A stretch of DNA of 36,925 bases from the IMG/VR virus record IMGVR_UViG_3300027798_000023. One strand, given 5' to 3'. This document shows, piece after piece, positions 26,656-35,628 of the stretch. A program made the position numbers and the translations under genes. The DNA is from an uncultured virus (IMG/VR IMGVR_UViG_3300027798_000023) (taxonomy: Duplodnaviria > Heunggongvirae > Uroviricota > Caudoviricetes). The notes beneath the pieces are model-generated. The model worked only from the letters and a program-made list of their open reading frames with translations, was not told the DNA's origin and made no database searches. How positions within the stretch are numbered: position 1 is the first letter of the stretch; each line of letters begins with the position of its first letter.

Positions 26656-27861
26656 ATGTGGATACTACCAAAATCAATCATATCAGTTTATGTGCCGGAT
26701 ACGGCGGCATTGATCTCGGACTTAGCCGAGCAATCCCAAATCTGCGAACAATCGCTTTTAGCGAGATCGAAGCCTTCGCTTGCGCGAACTTGGTCGCAAA
26801 AATGGAAGCGGGACTCTTGGACGCAGCTCCTATCTGGACGAATCTTAAAACCTTCCCATGGTCAGAGTTTTGTGACAAAGTGGACATCCTCTCTGGAGGT
26901 TATCCCTGTCAACCATTCTCCGCAGCAGGAAAGCGACTTGGAAAAGAAGACCCAAGACACCTTTGGCCGTGGATCGCAGATGGAATTAGAATTATGCGCC
27001 CCAGAATCTGCTTCTTTGAAAATGTCGAAGGACACATCAGCCTTGGACTCAGAGAAGTCATCAGCGAACTGGAAAGCCTTGGTTATCAAACGACGTGGGG
27101 AATATTCTCAGCGCGTGAAGTCGGCGCACCTCACCAACGTAAGCGAGTGTTCATCTTGGCCCACCGCAAAAGCGAGGGATTGGAAGGATACGATGGGTTG
27201 CTCGCTAGATGCTACGAATCCAGACGGGACTCATCGGAACAGGAGGGACAGGCTGGTTGGAGCAATAGTTGCGGAAATGCATGGCCAAGCCGCCCCGGTC
27301 AACCCCAGCACGGATGGGAGCCGCCTAGAGTCGTGGGCAACTCCAAGCACAATGGATCACATCAATGTAGTGAGGAAACCAGAGGATCGATCATCCGCAG
27401 CGAACAAAGGGGGATGCAAGAATCTGAGGGAGGAAGTTCATCAATGGGCGACACCAAACACGATGGATCACTTGGACTGCCGGAGTGCAGAGGGAGTCAT
27501 CAAGATTGCAACAGGAGCGAGGAAGGGACGATCAATGCCATCGAATCTGAGGGAGCAGGTAGATCCGCAGACTGTGGATATTTACCAGAAAACCAAGGAG
27601 GAGTCATGGGCAACTCCACAGACGAGAGATCATCGGAGCGGAGATACAGAGAGATTCCAGAATCCAGATCGAAGCAAAAACCTAAACGATCAGATGCCAG
27701 TCCCGAACGGCAAACTAAACCCTCGCTGGGTGGAGACGCTGATGGGGCTACCGATCGGATGGGTCATGCCGAGCTGTTCATTACCTCTGACAATCGCACC
27801 GACGAACTGCGACTGCTTGGCAACGGAGTTGTCCCTGCAACAGCAACCAGAGCTTTTATAG
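26656..27861 (+). CDS. Overlapping-frame MTase partner (beta-like) with TRD-like repeats and motif IX
   Basis: 401 codons with no stop; four W[P/A]T[A/P]xxxD repeats; LNPRWVETLMGLPIGW resembles motif IX; true start uncertain. Confidence 0.75.
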   Translation: MWILPKSIISVYVPDTAALISDLAEQSQICEQSLLARSKPSLARTWSQKWKRDSWTQLLSGRILKPSHGQSFVTKWTSSLEVIPVNHSPQQESDLEKKTQDTFGRGSQMELELCAPESASLKMSKDTSALDSEKSSANWKALVIKRRGEYSQRVKSAHLTNVSECSSWPTAKARDWKDTMGCSLDATNPDGTHRNRRDRLVGAIVAEMHGQAAPVNPSTDGSRLESWATPSTMDHINVVRKPEDRSSAANKGGCKNLREEVHQWATPNTMDHLDCRSAEGVIKIATGARKGRSMPSNLREQVDPQTVDIYQKTKEESWATPQTRDHRSGDTERFQNPDRSKNLNDQMPVPNGKLNPRWVETLMGLPIGWVMPSCSLPLTIAPTNCDCLATELSLQQQPELL

Positions 27862-27890
27862 TCCTTATCAATCAACTACTAAACCAATAA
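26658..27890 (+). CDS. C5 cytosine DNA methyltransferase, catalytic (alpha) polypeptide lacking motif IX
   Basis: Motif I SLCAGYGG, IV GGYPCQPFS, VI FFENV, VIII PHQRKRVF, X LGNGVVP. Confidence 0.92.
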   Translation: MDTTKINHISLCAGYGGIDLGLSRAIPNLRTIAFSEIEAFACANLVAKMEAGLLDAAPIWTNLKTFPWSEFCDKVDILSGGYPCQPFSAAGKRLGKEDPRHLWPWIADGIRIMRPRICFFENVEGHISLGLREVISELESLGYQTTWGIFSAREVGAPHQRKRVFILAHRKSEGLEGYDGLLARCYESRRDSSEQEGQAGWSNSCGNAWPSRPGQPQHGWEPPRVVGNSKHNGSHQCSEETRGSIIRSEQRGMQESEGGSSSMGDTKHDGSLGLPECRGSHQDCNRSEEGTINAIESEGAGRSADCGYLPENQGGVMGNSTDERSSERRYREIPESRSKQKPKRSDASPERQTKPSLGGDADGATDRMGHAELFITSDNRTDELRLLGNGVVPATATRAFIVLINQLLNQ

Positions 27891-27894
27891 CATT

Positions 27895-28107
27895 ATGCCA
27901 CTAGACGAAGACCTGCGCCGATATACGGCCCCACCAGACGAATACGGATCTGATCCTAACGAGTATTACTCGGCTCATTTGATACACTACATTTATCAAA
28001 TGATTCCCGATCACGATAGAGCTTATGAAATTCATGAGGTCATTGAAATACTTCAATACGCAATAAGATACATTAACGACGAGGAAATCGGAATTGATAT
28101 GATATGA
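27895..28107 (+). CDS. Hypothetical protein
   Basis: 70 aa ORF, ATGA-coupled to the next gene. Confidence 0.55.
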   Translation: MPLDEDLRRYTAPPDEYGSDPNEYYSAHLIHYIYQMIPDHDRAYEIHEVIEILQYAIRYINDEEIGIDMI

Positions 28108-28307
28108 ACAAAGGACTTGAATCAACTCCAACAGTAAAAGACGCTCACAGTCCTGCCGGGCAACCATTCTATGCTCCACGGTCGTTCGCTGAGATGCCAG
28201 ACTGCCCGTTTTGCCGATACGGAACGCCGATCAAACGTGATGAACGATGGGTTTGTATTGATTGCGGAAACTTTATGACCGAGAATCAAATTATTAAAGC
28301 ACCATGA
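28104..28307 (+). CDS. Small Zn-ribbon protein
   Basis: CPFC...CIDC. Confidence 0.6.
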   Translation: MNKGLESTPTVKDAHSPAGQPFYAPRSFAEMPDCPFCRYGTPIKRDERWVCIDCGNFMTENQIIKAP

Positions 28308-28543
28308 GCGTCCATACCAACACCCAAAAACGAGCAATCGCCAAAGCTAAAAAACGCATATCCGACATGATTTATTGTGGTGGATTTAACTGGCAATTTA
28401 CAATCGACGGGCAATACACTCAGCCATGCCCATTCAAATCAAGCCAAACCAGACGGGCCGAAAAACTTATCGATTTCGCTAGACTTGAACTAGGTTTGCC
28501 ACCAACCGAATACAAGGGTGGTAACTGGAGAAACTATCTCTGA
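28304..28543 (+). CDS. Hypothetical protein
   Basis: 79 aa ORF, ATGA-coupled. Confidence 0.6.
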   Translation: MSVHTNTQKRAIAKAKKRISDMIYCGGFNWQFTIDGQYTQPCPFKSSQTRRAEKLIDFARLELGLPPTEYKGGNWRNYL

Positions 28544-28568
28544 ACAAACAACAAACGAAACTAATAAA

Positions 28569-28970
28569 ATGGAAAAACAATTCACAGGCAAAGTTAGCCA
28601 GATGAAACAAGCAAGTAAGTTCCTGGCTTCCGAGGATTTTCTCGGACTGGGAGATATCGATGTCACGATCACCGGCATCTACGAACACGCAGATGAGGTG
28701 ATGCAAGACGGCAAGAAAAAATCGTTTTACTCAATCGGGTTTAACGATAAACCGAAACGAATGGTTCTAAACGCAACCAATCGCAAAACACTTGCGGCTT
28801 GTTTCGGCGCGGATACCAAAAACTGGATCGGAAAGAACATCCAAATCTACGTCAAGGATGGCATCAGAAACCCAGCTGGTGGAGATGCCGTTTGCGGACT
28901 GCGTATCAAAGCCAAACCCGATCTAGCATTACTCAGAGCCAAACGTGCCGAAATGGGAGGTGAAGCATGA
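28569..28970 (+). CDS. Conserved phage protein coupled to the exonuclease (possible ssDNA-binding/annealing role)
   Basis: FLASEDF, MVLNATN, FG.DTKNWIGK.I.IY and GLRI motifs; function inferred from position only. Confidence 0.55.
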   Translation: MEKQFTGKVSQMKQASKFLASEDFLGLGDIDVTITGIYEHADEVMQDGKKKSFYSIGFNDKPKRMVLNATNRKTLAACFGADTKNWIGKNIQIYVKDGIRNPAGGDAVCGLRIKAKPDLALLRAKRAEMGGEA

Positions 28971-29824
28971 AATCCTACCCAGAAAACGGAATTTATCACG
29001 GGCTGCCATTTTCGCTTTACCGGGGAGACGACGTAAACCCATCCGATACGATTGAAACCGTCAAAGATAAAGCCGTCTCAAAGTCGATGATTTGCAGTTT
29101 CATTGAGGATCCAGGTGCATGGAAATACTATGCCAAACCCAAGGCAACCACCGCAATGAAGGCTGGCAGCCTGCTCGATACGCTCTTAACCGAGCCGCTG
29201 GAATTCAAAAACCGATACATCATGTCTGAACACGATGAGTTTAGGACTAATGCTGCCAAAGAATGGAAAGCACAAGCCGAAGCATCTGGTTTGGTTGTCC
29301 TAAAGCAATCCGAGCTTGAATGCGCTCAGATGCAGCTAATGGCGATCAAATCCAAGCCACAGGCTGCTGCGATACTCGATGGCGCACAGTTCCAAGTCGC
29401 ATTCCGGCACAAGACAAAATACCCGTTTGCTTGTAAAGGTCTGATCGACATCCTGCCAAGCGATGGCGAGACAATCGTTGACCTTAAAACCTGCGCTCCG
29501 TCTGCGTTGGAATCCAAGCGATCATTGCAGCAATACATTTATAAATGGATGTATCACGTGCAGGCTGGGTGCTACACCGATGGCTACGCATTGGCTAGTG
29601 GTGATGAGAGAACCCGGTTCAAGTTTATTTTTGTGACCTCGGCCGCACCGTTCAAAGTCGCAATCGTCGAATTGCCATATTCAGCTATTTCTTTGGGCGC
29701 GGAAACTTATCGTAAAGGCTTAAAACTTTACGCCGAATGCCTTGAAACCGGCATATTCCCGTCCATGTGGGATGGCGAGGTTGAACTCGACATACCTCAA
29801 TACGGTTACAATGAAACCGAGTAA
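28967..29824 (+). CDS. RecE/exonuclease VIII-like PD-(D/E)XK nuclease
   Basis: GIY...Y, SKS, KGLIDIL, IVDLKT, YHVQAGCY and FIFV motifs. Confidence 0.88.
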   Translation: MKSYPENGIYHGLPFSLYRGDDVNPSDTIETVKDKAVSKSMICSFIEDPGAWKYYAKPKATTAMKAGSLLDTLLTEPLEFKNRYIMSEHDEFRTNAAKEWKAQAEASGLVVLKQSELECAQMQLMAIKSKPQAAAILDGAQFQVAFRHKTKYPFACKGLIDILPSDGETIVDLKTCAPSALESKRSLQQYIYKWMYHVQAGCYTDGYALASGDERTRFKFIFVTSAAPFKVAIVELPYSAISLGAETYRKGLKLYAECLETGIFPSMWDGEVELDIPQYGYNETE

Positions 29825-29851
29825 ATTCACAATCCATAATAACAAAAAACA

Positions 29852-30136
29852 ATGATAATTAGAGCAAGCATCAACACAGTAAAAATTGATAAGTCGGCAA
29901 TGATCGACGGCAAGCAAGGGAAATACATCGCTTTCACCCTGCTTGAAAACCGAGACGGCGAAGATCAATACGGCAACAATTTCATGATTGTCCAAGACAT
30001 CGGCAAAGAACGTCGTGAGGCCGGAGAGAAAGGAGCCATCCTCGGTAACGGTAAGTTTGTCGGAGGTGGTAACGCACCTGCTCCGGCTAATCCTGTCCCC
30101 CAGTTGTCAGATGACGACGACAATGTTCCGTTCTGA
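29852..30136 (+). CDS. Putative single-stranded DNA-binding protein
   Basis: Beta-rich core, ILGNGK, P/G linker and acidic DDDDNVPF tail. Confidence 0.7.
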   Translation: MIIRASINTVKIDKSAMIDGKQGKYIAFTLLENRDGEDQYGNNFMIVQDIGKERREAGEKGAILGNGKFVGGGNAPAPANPVPQLSDDDDNVPF

Positions 30137-30137
30137 C

Positions 30138-30308
30138 ATGACAGCTGAACAATACAAATCCACTCGGCAATGGCTGGGGCTTACTCAGCGCGAATTAGCA
30201 GCTCAATGCGGAGTAACGACCAAGACTATTTCCGAACGTGAAAGAGGTCTTGTTAAAATCGGAAAAGAGGCAGAAATGGTTGTTTTGAAGCTGATAAAAC
30301 AAAAATAA
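30138..30308 (+). CDS. XRE-family HTH protein
   Basis: LGLTQRELAAQCGVTTKTISERERG; ATG 30138 follows the SSB stop. Confidence 0.85.
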   Translation: MTAEQYKSTRQWLGLTQRELAAQCGVTTKTISERERGLVKIGKEAEMVVLKLIKQK

Positions 30309-30311
30309 AAC

Positions 30312-30350
30312 AAGGTGCTGGAGGCTTTTTTAGGTTTCCAGCACCTTTTT
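30312..30350 (+). terminator. Rho-independent terminator
   Basis: AAGGTGCTGGA...TCCAGCACCTTTTT. Confidence 0.75.
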
Positions 30351-30396
30351 ACTTCACAATCGTTAAACATAAGGTTTAGTTGAACCACACACACCC

Positions 30397-30519
30397 ATGA
30401 AAACAAAAAGAATAATCAAAACCATCATCATGCTCATCGACAACATCAGCATCGGAATGCTCTGGGCATTTGCAATCGCTGCTCTTGCTTTTGCAATTTG
30501 GAGAGAATTAACCAGATAA
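30397..30519 (+). CDS. Small membrane peptide (40 aa, not in track)
   Basis: MKTKRIIK...ISIGMLWAFAIAALAFAIW; AC-rich leader. Confidence 0.55.
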   Translation: MKTKRIIKTIIMLIDNISIGMLWAFAIAALAFAIWRELTR

Positions 30520-30523
30520 AAAC

Positions 30524-30742
30524 ATGATCATTACCACAACTCTAATTGCCGGGCTTTTATTGTTTACGCTTCAAATCGTTTTTCACGAGATACATCAACA
30601 GATAGAACGCATCAAAACCGAGCTTGAACCGCTTACCAAAGACGGCGGGATGTATCCGAAAGCAAAACCGATTGAGCTTGCAGATTTGACAAGAAAACTA
30701 TCGACAAAATCCGCTCCGCTTTACCACGTCATTCAAAGATGA
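30524..30742 (+). CDS. Small protein with N-terminal TM segment
   Basis: Hydrophobic N-terminus; ATGA-coupled to the helicase. Confidence 0.55.
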   Translation: MIITTTLIAGLLLFTLQIVFHEIHQQIERIKTELEPLTKDGGMYPKAKPIELADLTRKLSTKSAPLYHVIQR

Positions 30743-32082
30743 AACTCAGACCGTATCAGCAGGATTTATTCGACAGGATACGCTCAACCATCAATGGCGG
30801 AATTCGCAACCCAATTGTCGTATCACCTACGGGATCGGGCAAGACCGCGACATTCTCTTACATTGCCCACAGGACATCACAGGCTGGGAATCGCGTTTTG
30901 ATTCTTGTTCATCGCAGCGAACTGGTCACCCAAACATCCGAAACACTACGCAAGTTTGAAGTAGATCACGGGATTATCCAGGCAGGCATCAAGCCGGATC
31001 CTGCCAAGTTAGTGCAGGTCGCTATGGTTCAGACTATTTCACGTCGAATAGTTTCCACATCACCACCGAGCTTGATTATCACGGATGAATGCCATCACTC
31101 AGCCGCGAATCAATACAAGGCGATTCTGACCGCATTTCCAGATGCCGTATCGATAGGGTTTACTGCAACACCCGTGCGCCTCGACGGGAAAGGTCTATCA
31201 GATTATTTCGGTCAAATCATCATCGGTCAAACAGTTGAATGGCTTATGGAGAACGGGTTTCTTGTTCGGCCGAAATACTACGCGCCGCCCGTTCAAGTTG
31301 TCCTCGATGGGATCAAGAAACGTGCCGGTGATTACGCACAGGATCAACTTGCTGCCGCAATGGACAAACCGTTCGTCACAGGTGATGCTGTCGCCCATTA
31401 CAAACGAATTTGCCCGGATTCCCGTGCGGTTGCATTTTGCTGTAACATCTCTCATGCTGAACACGTAGCAACTGAGTTTGAGTCAAACGGGATACCGAGT
31501 GGAGTAATTCACGGGCAATTGAAACCAGATGAGCGCAAAAAGATAGTCGAAGACCTAACCTCTGGGGCAATCAAAGTCATGACCAGCGTTGATGTCGTCT
31601 CCGAGGGGTTTGACCTGCCATCTGCCGAGGTAGCGATTTTGCTGCGGCCGACGACTTCGCTTGGTTTGCACTTACAACAGATCGGTCGGGTTTTGCGGCC
31701 GTCCGAAGGGAAACAAGCTGTTGTTTTGGATCATGTTGGCAATTTAAGCAGGCATGGTTTAGCCGAGGATGACCGAGAATGGAGCCTCGACGGCATCGAC
31801 AAAAAAGCCAAAAAGTCGGAATCGCTTGGTTTTAAACAATGCAAGCAATGCTTTTGCCTGCACAAGCCTGCGCCAGTTTGCCCAGAATGCGATTACGTCT
31901 ACCCTGTGGCGAAACCACGTGAGATGACCTATATCGAAGCGAATCTGGAAGAATTTACTCGCAAGCCAGTCAGCGAAATCCTAAAACACGTCAAAACTCG
32001 TGAAGACCTTAAGTTGATCGCAAAAAGCAAAGGCTATAAATCTGGATGGGTTTACTACACAGCAAAAGACATGAGATTATGA
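30739..32082 (+). CDS. SF2 DExH helicase with C-terminal Zn finger
   Basis: LRPYQ, PTGSGKT, DECHH, TAT, EGFDLP, QQIGRVLR, CKQC...CPEC. Confidence 0.93.
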   Translation: MKLRPYQQDLFDRIRSTINGGIRNPIVVSPTGSGKTATFSYIAHRTSQAGNRVLILVHRSELVTQTSETLRKFEVDHGIIQAGIKPDPAKLVQVAMVQTISRRIVSTSPPSLIITDECHHSAANQYKAILTAFPDAVSIGFTATPVRLDGKGLSDYFGQIIIGQTVEWLMENGFLVRPKYYAPPVQVVLDGIKKRAGDYAQDQLAAAMDKPFVTGDAVAHYKRICPDSRAVAFCCNISHAEHVATEFESNGIPSGVIHGQLKPDERKKIVEDLTSGAIKVMTSVDVVSEGFDLPSAEVAILLRPTTSLGLHLQQIGRVLRPSEGKQAVVLDHVGNLSRHGLAEDDREWSLDGIDKKAKKSESLGFKQCKQCFCLHKPAPVCPECDYVYPVAKPREMTYIEANLEEFTRKPVSEILKHVKTREDLKLIAKSKGYKSGWVYYTAKDMRL

Positions 32083-32423
32083 AAGAATCAGAAATCCAAA
32101 ACCAAATTAGAATCGCTTGCAACACGGGTGACATTAGGCTCTGGAGAAATAATGTTGGAGTGGCAAAAACCAAACACGGCGTTATTAGATTTGGTATACC
32201 AGGCGAAGGCGGAAGTGATCTAATCGGATTCAAAACCATAACAATCACAGCCGATCATATTGGAAAACAAATCGCAGTTTTTGCTGCTGTCGAATGCAAA
32301 GCACCCAAAGGCAAGCCCACTACAGAACAAACAAATTTTATCGAATTTATCCGCAATTCGGGCGGTTTAGCTGGAATAGCAAGATCAACCGAAGATGCAA
32401 AATCAATACTGAACGAATTATGA
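32079..32423 (+). CDS. VRR-NUC nuclease
   Basis: ESEIQ, RNNVG, GSDLIG, ECK...GK.T.EQ..F motifs. Confidence 0.9.
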   Translation: MKESEIQNQIRIACNTGDIRLWRNNVGVAKTKHGVIRFGIPGEGGSDLIGFKTITITADHIGKQIAVFAAVECKAPKGKPTTEQTNFIEFIRNSGGLAGIARSTEDAKSILNEL

Positions 32424-34864
32424 GAATAGACAAAACGAAACTAAGAAACATCAAAGAATCCGCATCAAGAATTACCGCTCAATGTCCTGCCTGCGCTGAA
32501 TGCGGAGACGACAACAACGGAGATCACCTTTTTATCTCCCCAGCAACGCAGAAATTTGGCTGCGTTTTATACCAAGGTATCGATGGAGCCGATCATCGCA
32601 GGCGCATCTTCGATCTGGTCGGGATTGTCGATGACGCACCAAAACAGAAACAAACTTACACCGCACTCCCAGCAGCTCCACCGAATGCACCCAAACCGAG
32701 CTTAAACCATTACAAGCACGGCAATCCTGTGGCACATTGGACTTACCATACGATTGATGGAGCGATCGCTGGTATCGTTTCTCGTTATGATATCACGAAC
32801 GGCAAGAAAGAAACCCTGCCGATGACATGGTGCAAGAACCAGAACGGAGAAACATCTTGGCAATTTAAGGCGATGCCAGATCCAAGACCACTTTACGGGT
32901 TACCGTTCCAATCGGAACAGATCGTTTTGGTCGAGGGTGAGAAAACCGCCGAAGCAGTTCGGATGGCAGGTCACGAAGCTACCACATGGTCGGGCGGATG
33001 TGCTGCGATCCATAAGACCGATTTCACTACCTTAACCGGCAAGCACGTCACTCTCTGGCCCGACAACGATGAGCCTGGACAACGTGCCATGAAATCAATC
33101 GCGGCAATCATCAAACCATACGCAGCATCTATTTCGATTGTTTCGATTCCTCACGGTCTGCCAAGCGGATGGGATGCAGCAGATACCACGGCCGATCACA
33201 TTACTCAGCTTGTCGAGGGCGCGACTCAACCCAATCAAGCCGAAAACAAACAGGATTGCTTTGAGTCATCCCAAACGCCAACGGATCGGATCGGATCGAT
33301 GCCGTTTCGATTCCTCGGCATGGATGATGGGATTATGCGCTATATGCCGGACAACGGGCAGCACATCGTCAGCCTAACGCCTGCGTCACATACCAAACTC
33401 AACCTTATCCAACTCGCTCCGCTCCAAGACTGGGAATCAACATTCCCGTCAAAAAACGGATGTGACTGGGACGCAGCATCTAACAGCCTAATCCAATTCT
33501 CACAATCCCTGCCCAAATTCGACCCACGGGCAATTCGCGGTCGAGGTTGCTGGATCGATGGCGAGGATGTAGTCTACCATGCTGGTAACAAACTTGCAGT
33601 AAACGGCTCCATCCAATCGATTCCGTCTTACCTGTCACCGAGCATGGCGATTTACGAATCCGGCTTGCAGATTGCGATCGATACCGAGGACGCTGCAACC
33701 AATGCCCATGCAGCCAAGATTATCGAGCTTTGTGACTCTCTGACATGGGATCAACCGCTTTACGGCAAACTCCTTGCCGGGTGGATGGCATTATCTCCAA
33801 TCTGCGGAGCTTTGAACTGGCGACCACATATCTGGATCACGGGATCGGCTGGATCCGGCAAGACTTGGATTATGGGCAATGTCGTCAATCCGCTTGCAGG
33901 TAGATCGACCGTTTTCGTGCAGGGTAACACTTCCGAGGCTGGAATACGTGGTCAGCTTGGATGCGATGCTCTTCCTGTCTTATTCGATGAGGCCGAGGCT
34001 GAGAACCAGAGATCGATACCGCGAATGGAAGGCGTGATGGAACTAGCCAGACAGGCAAGCTCCGAATCGGGCGCAGGAATCGTCAAAGGCACTCAAAACG
34101 GTGGCAGCATCACTTACATGGTCAGATCAATGTTCTGCTTCTCATCAATCGGGGTCGCAGCTGTTAAGAAAGCCGATACAAGCCGGATATCCGTATTGTC
34201 GTTGAGAAAGTCGGATTCGCCATCACAATTTGAGAAAGTGAAGGAGATTTGGAGGCAAACCACAGCATCGCCCGTGTATTGCGCCAGGATACGTGCCAGA
34301 TCGATCCGCAACGCAATCACGACCCGACACAACGCAGATGTGTTCTCGGCTGCTGCTGTGGCGTTTACGGGCGACAAACGCTCTGCTGACCAGATCGGGA
34401 CTCTACTGGCTGGGGCATACTCGCTTACATCGACTAAAAAGATCACGGCCGAATCTGCCACAGCTTGGCTATCAAAACAGGATTGGTCTGGATTCAAGGT
34501 TGACTCAATTGACTCCGACGAGAACCAATGCTGGTCGCATTTACTTAGCTCACCGGTCATCATTCAGCGTGAAAAATCCACCGAAACGATCTCAATCGAC
34601 GAGGCTGTTTCTTGCTATTATAATTCCAAAAACCAAGACTATGAGGCAGCTTTACGTCGAATCGGCATCAAAATTACCGAAAACGGGCTGATAATTGCCA
34701 ATAATCACCAAGGTCTGGAGCGGATTTTTCGGGATACGGCATGGTCTGGATCCAAATGGAGGGGGCAATTACTCAGAATCGTTGGATCAGAATCACCTAA
34801 AAACCCGGTCAAATTTGGTCAAAACGTATTGCAAAGGGCTGTTTTTGTTCCGTTTTTGGCTTAA
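32420..34864 (+). CDS. Primase-helicase (Zn finger + TOPRIM + P-loop ATPase)
   Basis: CPAC...H...C, RPLYG, VEGEKTA, WPDNDEPG, GWDAAD, GSAGSGKT, LFDEAE; ATGA-coupled start at 32420. Confidence 0.9.
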   Translation: MRIDKTKLRNIKESASRITAQCPACAECGDDNNGDHLFISPATQKFGCVLYQGIDGADHRRRIFDLVGIVDDAPKQKQTYTALPAAPPNAPKPSLNHYKHGNPVAHWTYHTIDGAIAGIVSRYDITNGKKETLPMTWCKNQNGETSWQFKAMPDPRPLYGLPFQSEQIVLVEGEKTAEAVRMAGHEATTWSGGCAAIHKTDFTTLTGKHVTLWPDNDEPGQRAMKSIAAIIKPYAASISIVSIPHGLPSGWDAADTTADHITQLVEGATQPNQAENKQDCFESSQTPTDRIGSMPFRFLGMDDGIMRYMPDNGQHIVSLTPASHTKLNLIQLAPLQDWESTFPSKNGCDWDAASNSLIQFSQSLPKFDPRAIRGRGCWIDGEDVVYHAGNKLAVNGSIQSIPSYLSPSMAIYESGLQIAIDTEDAATNAHAAKIIELCDSLTWDQPLYGKLLAGWMALSPICGALNWRPHIWITGSAGSGKTWIMGNVVNPLAGRSTVFVQGNTSEAGIRGQLGCDALPVLFDEAEAENQRSIPRMEGVMELARQASSESGAGIVKGTQNGGSITYMVRSMFCFSSIGVAAVKKADTSRISVLSLRKSDSPSQFEKVKEIWRQTTASPVYCARIRARSIRNAITTRHNADVFSAAAVAFTGDKRSADQIGTLLAGAYSLTSTKKITAESATAWLSKQDWSGFKVDSIDSDENQCWSHLLSSPVIIQREKSTETISIDEAVSCYYNSKNQDYEAALRRIGIKITENGLIIANNHQGLERIFRDTAWSGSKWRGQLLRIVGSESPKNPVKFGQNVLQRAVFVPFLA

Positions 34865-35170
34865 TTGTAACCCAAAAATCGTCAAATTACGGTGTTTTTA
34901 CCATGTTTGTAACCTTATTAGCAAGCTCAAACCCTTATAGAATAAGTAAAGTTACAAAAAAGGTTACGGTTACGCTTTTCCATACACACTCATATAGAAT
35001 TATACCTACCTATATCCCTTTACCCCTCCTATTATATATCTATTCTTAAATACGGGTGTAATAGTGTATCCTCCGCCAAAATCACCTAGAGCCATATCAA
35101 AAATCGAGGTTACACCCTCTGTAACCTAACCGTATCCTACCGTAACCAGAGATAATCCTTGCAACCGCAA
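34865..35170. promoter_or_regulatory. Putative replication origin with GTAACC/GGTTAC repeats
   Basis: GTAACC at 34867, 34909, 35121, 35142; GGTTAC at 34962, 34968, 35108; AT-rich centre; directly after primase-helicase. Confidence 0.65.
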
Positions 35171-35193
35171 CAAAACCGAATAGAACGAAACAT

Positions 35194-35586
35194 ATGAAAT
35201 CCAAAGACATCATCACGCTACTACGCAAACGGCTTGAGCAGAACCAAGAACTGCTGGCATCAACCGAAGAAGACCTAGCCACGCTAGACCCAACCGGCTG
35301 GGAACATCGTGTTCAAATCCATCTCAAAGGCTATTACACGGGTCGCGTCGATGAGTTGATCGTATTGATTAACCGGGTTGATCCCTCCAAGACGCGACTG
35401 GAATACCCCATCTGGGTTTGCCACCCATGTGGCAACAGGCACGGGTTCAAAAAATGCGGAGTCGCAACATGGCATGAGAATACCTGCGGAATCTGCGGTC
35501 AGATTACATCCGTAACCGAGCCGAGGGATTTCGGTCATCTAAAAAATAGCTGGATGGAAGCGATCAGAAATGTGTTATCACATTAA
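35194..35586 (+). CDS. Protein with C-terminal Zn-finger module
   Basis: C-terminal ~50 aa closely match the N-terminus of 297..605. Confidence 0.7.
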   Translation: MKSKDIITLLRKRLEQNQELLASTEEDLATLDPTGWEHRVQIHLKGYYTGRVDELIVLINRVDPSKTRLEYPIWVCHPCGNRHGFKKCGVATWHENTCGICGQITSVTEPRDFGHLKNSWMEAIRNVLSH

Positions 35587-35628
35587 AAACTTGCCATTAT
35601 TCGGGATAATTTGAATATACGAACACAC

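Noticed and set aside
28104..28230. Third attC-like site (GAAC...GTTCG at the start of 28104..28307)
   Set aside because: I could not build a stem with the 5/8/7/6 spacing; pairing is weak.
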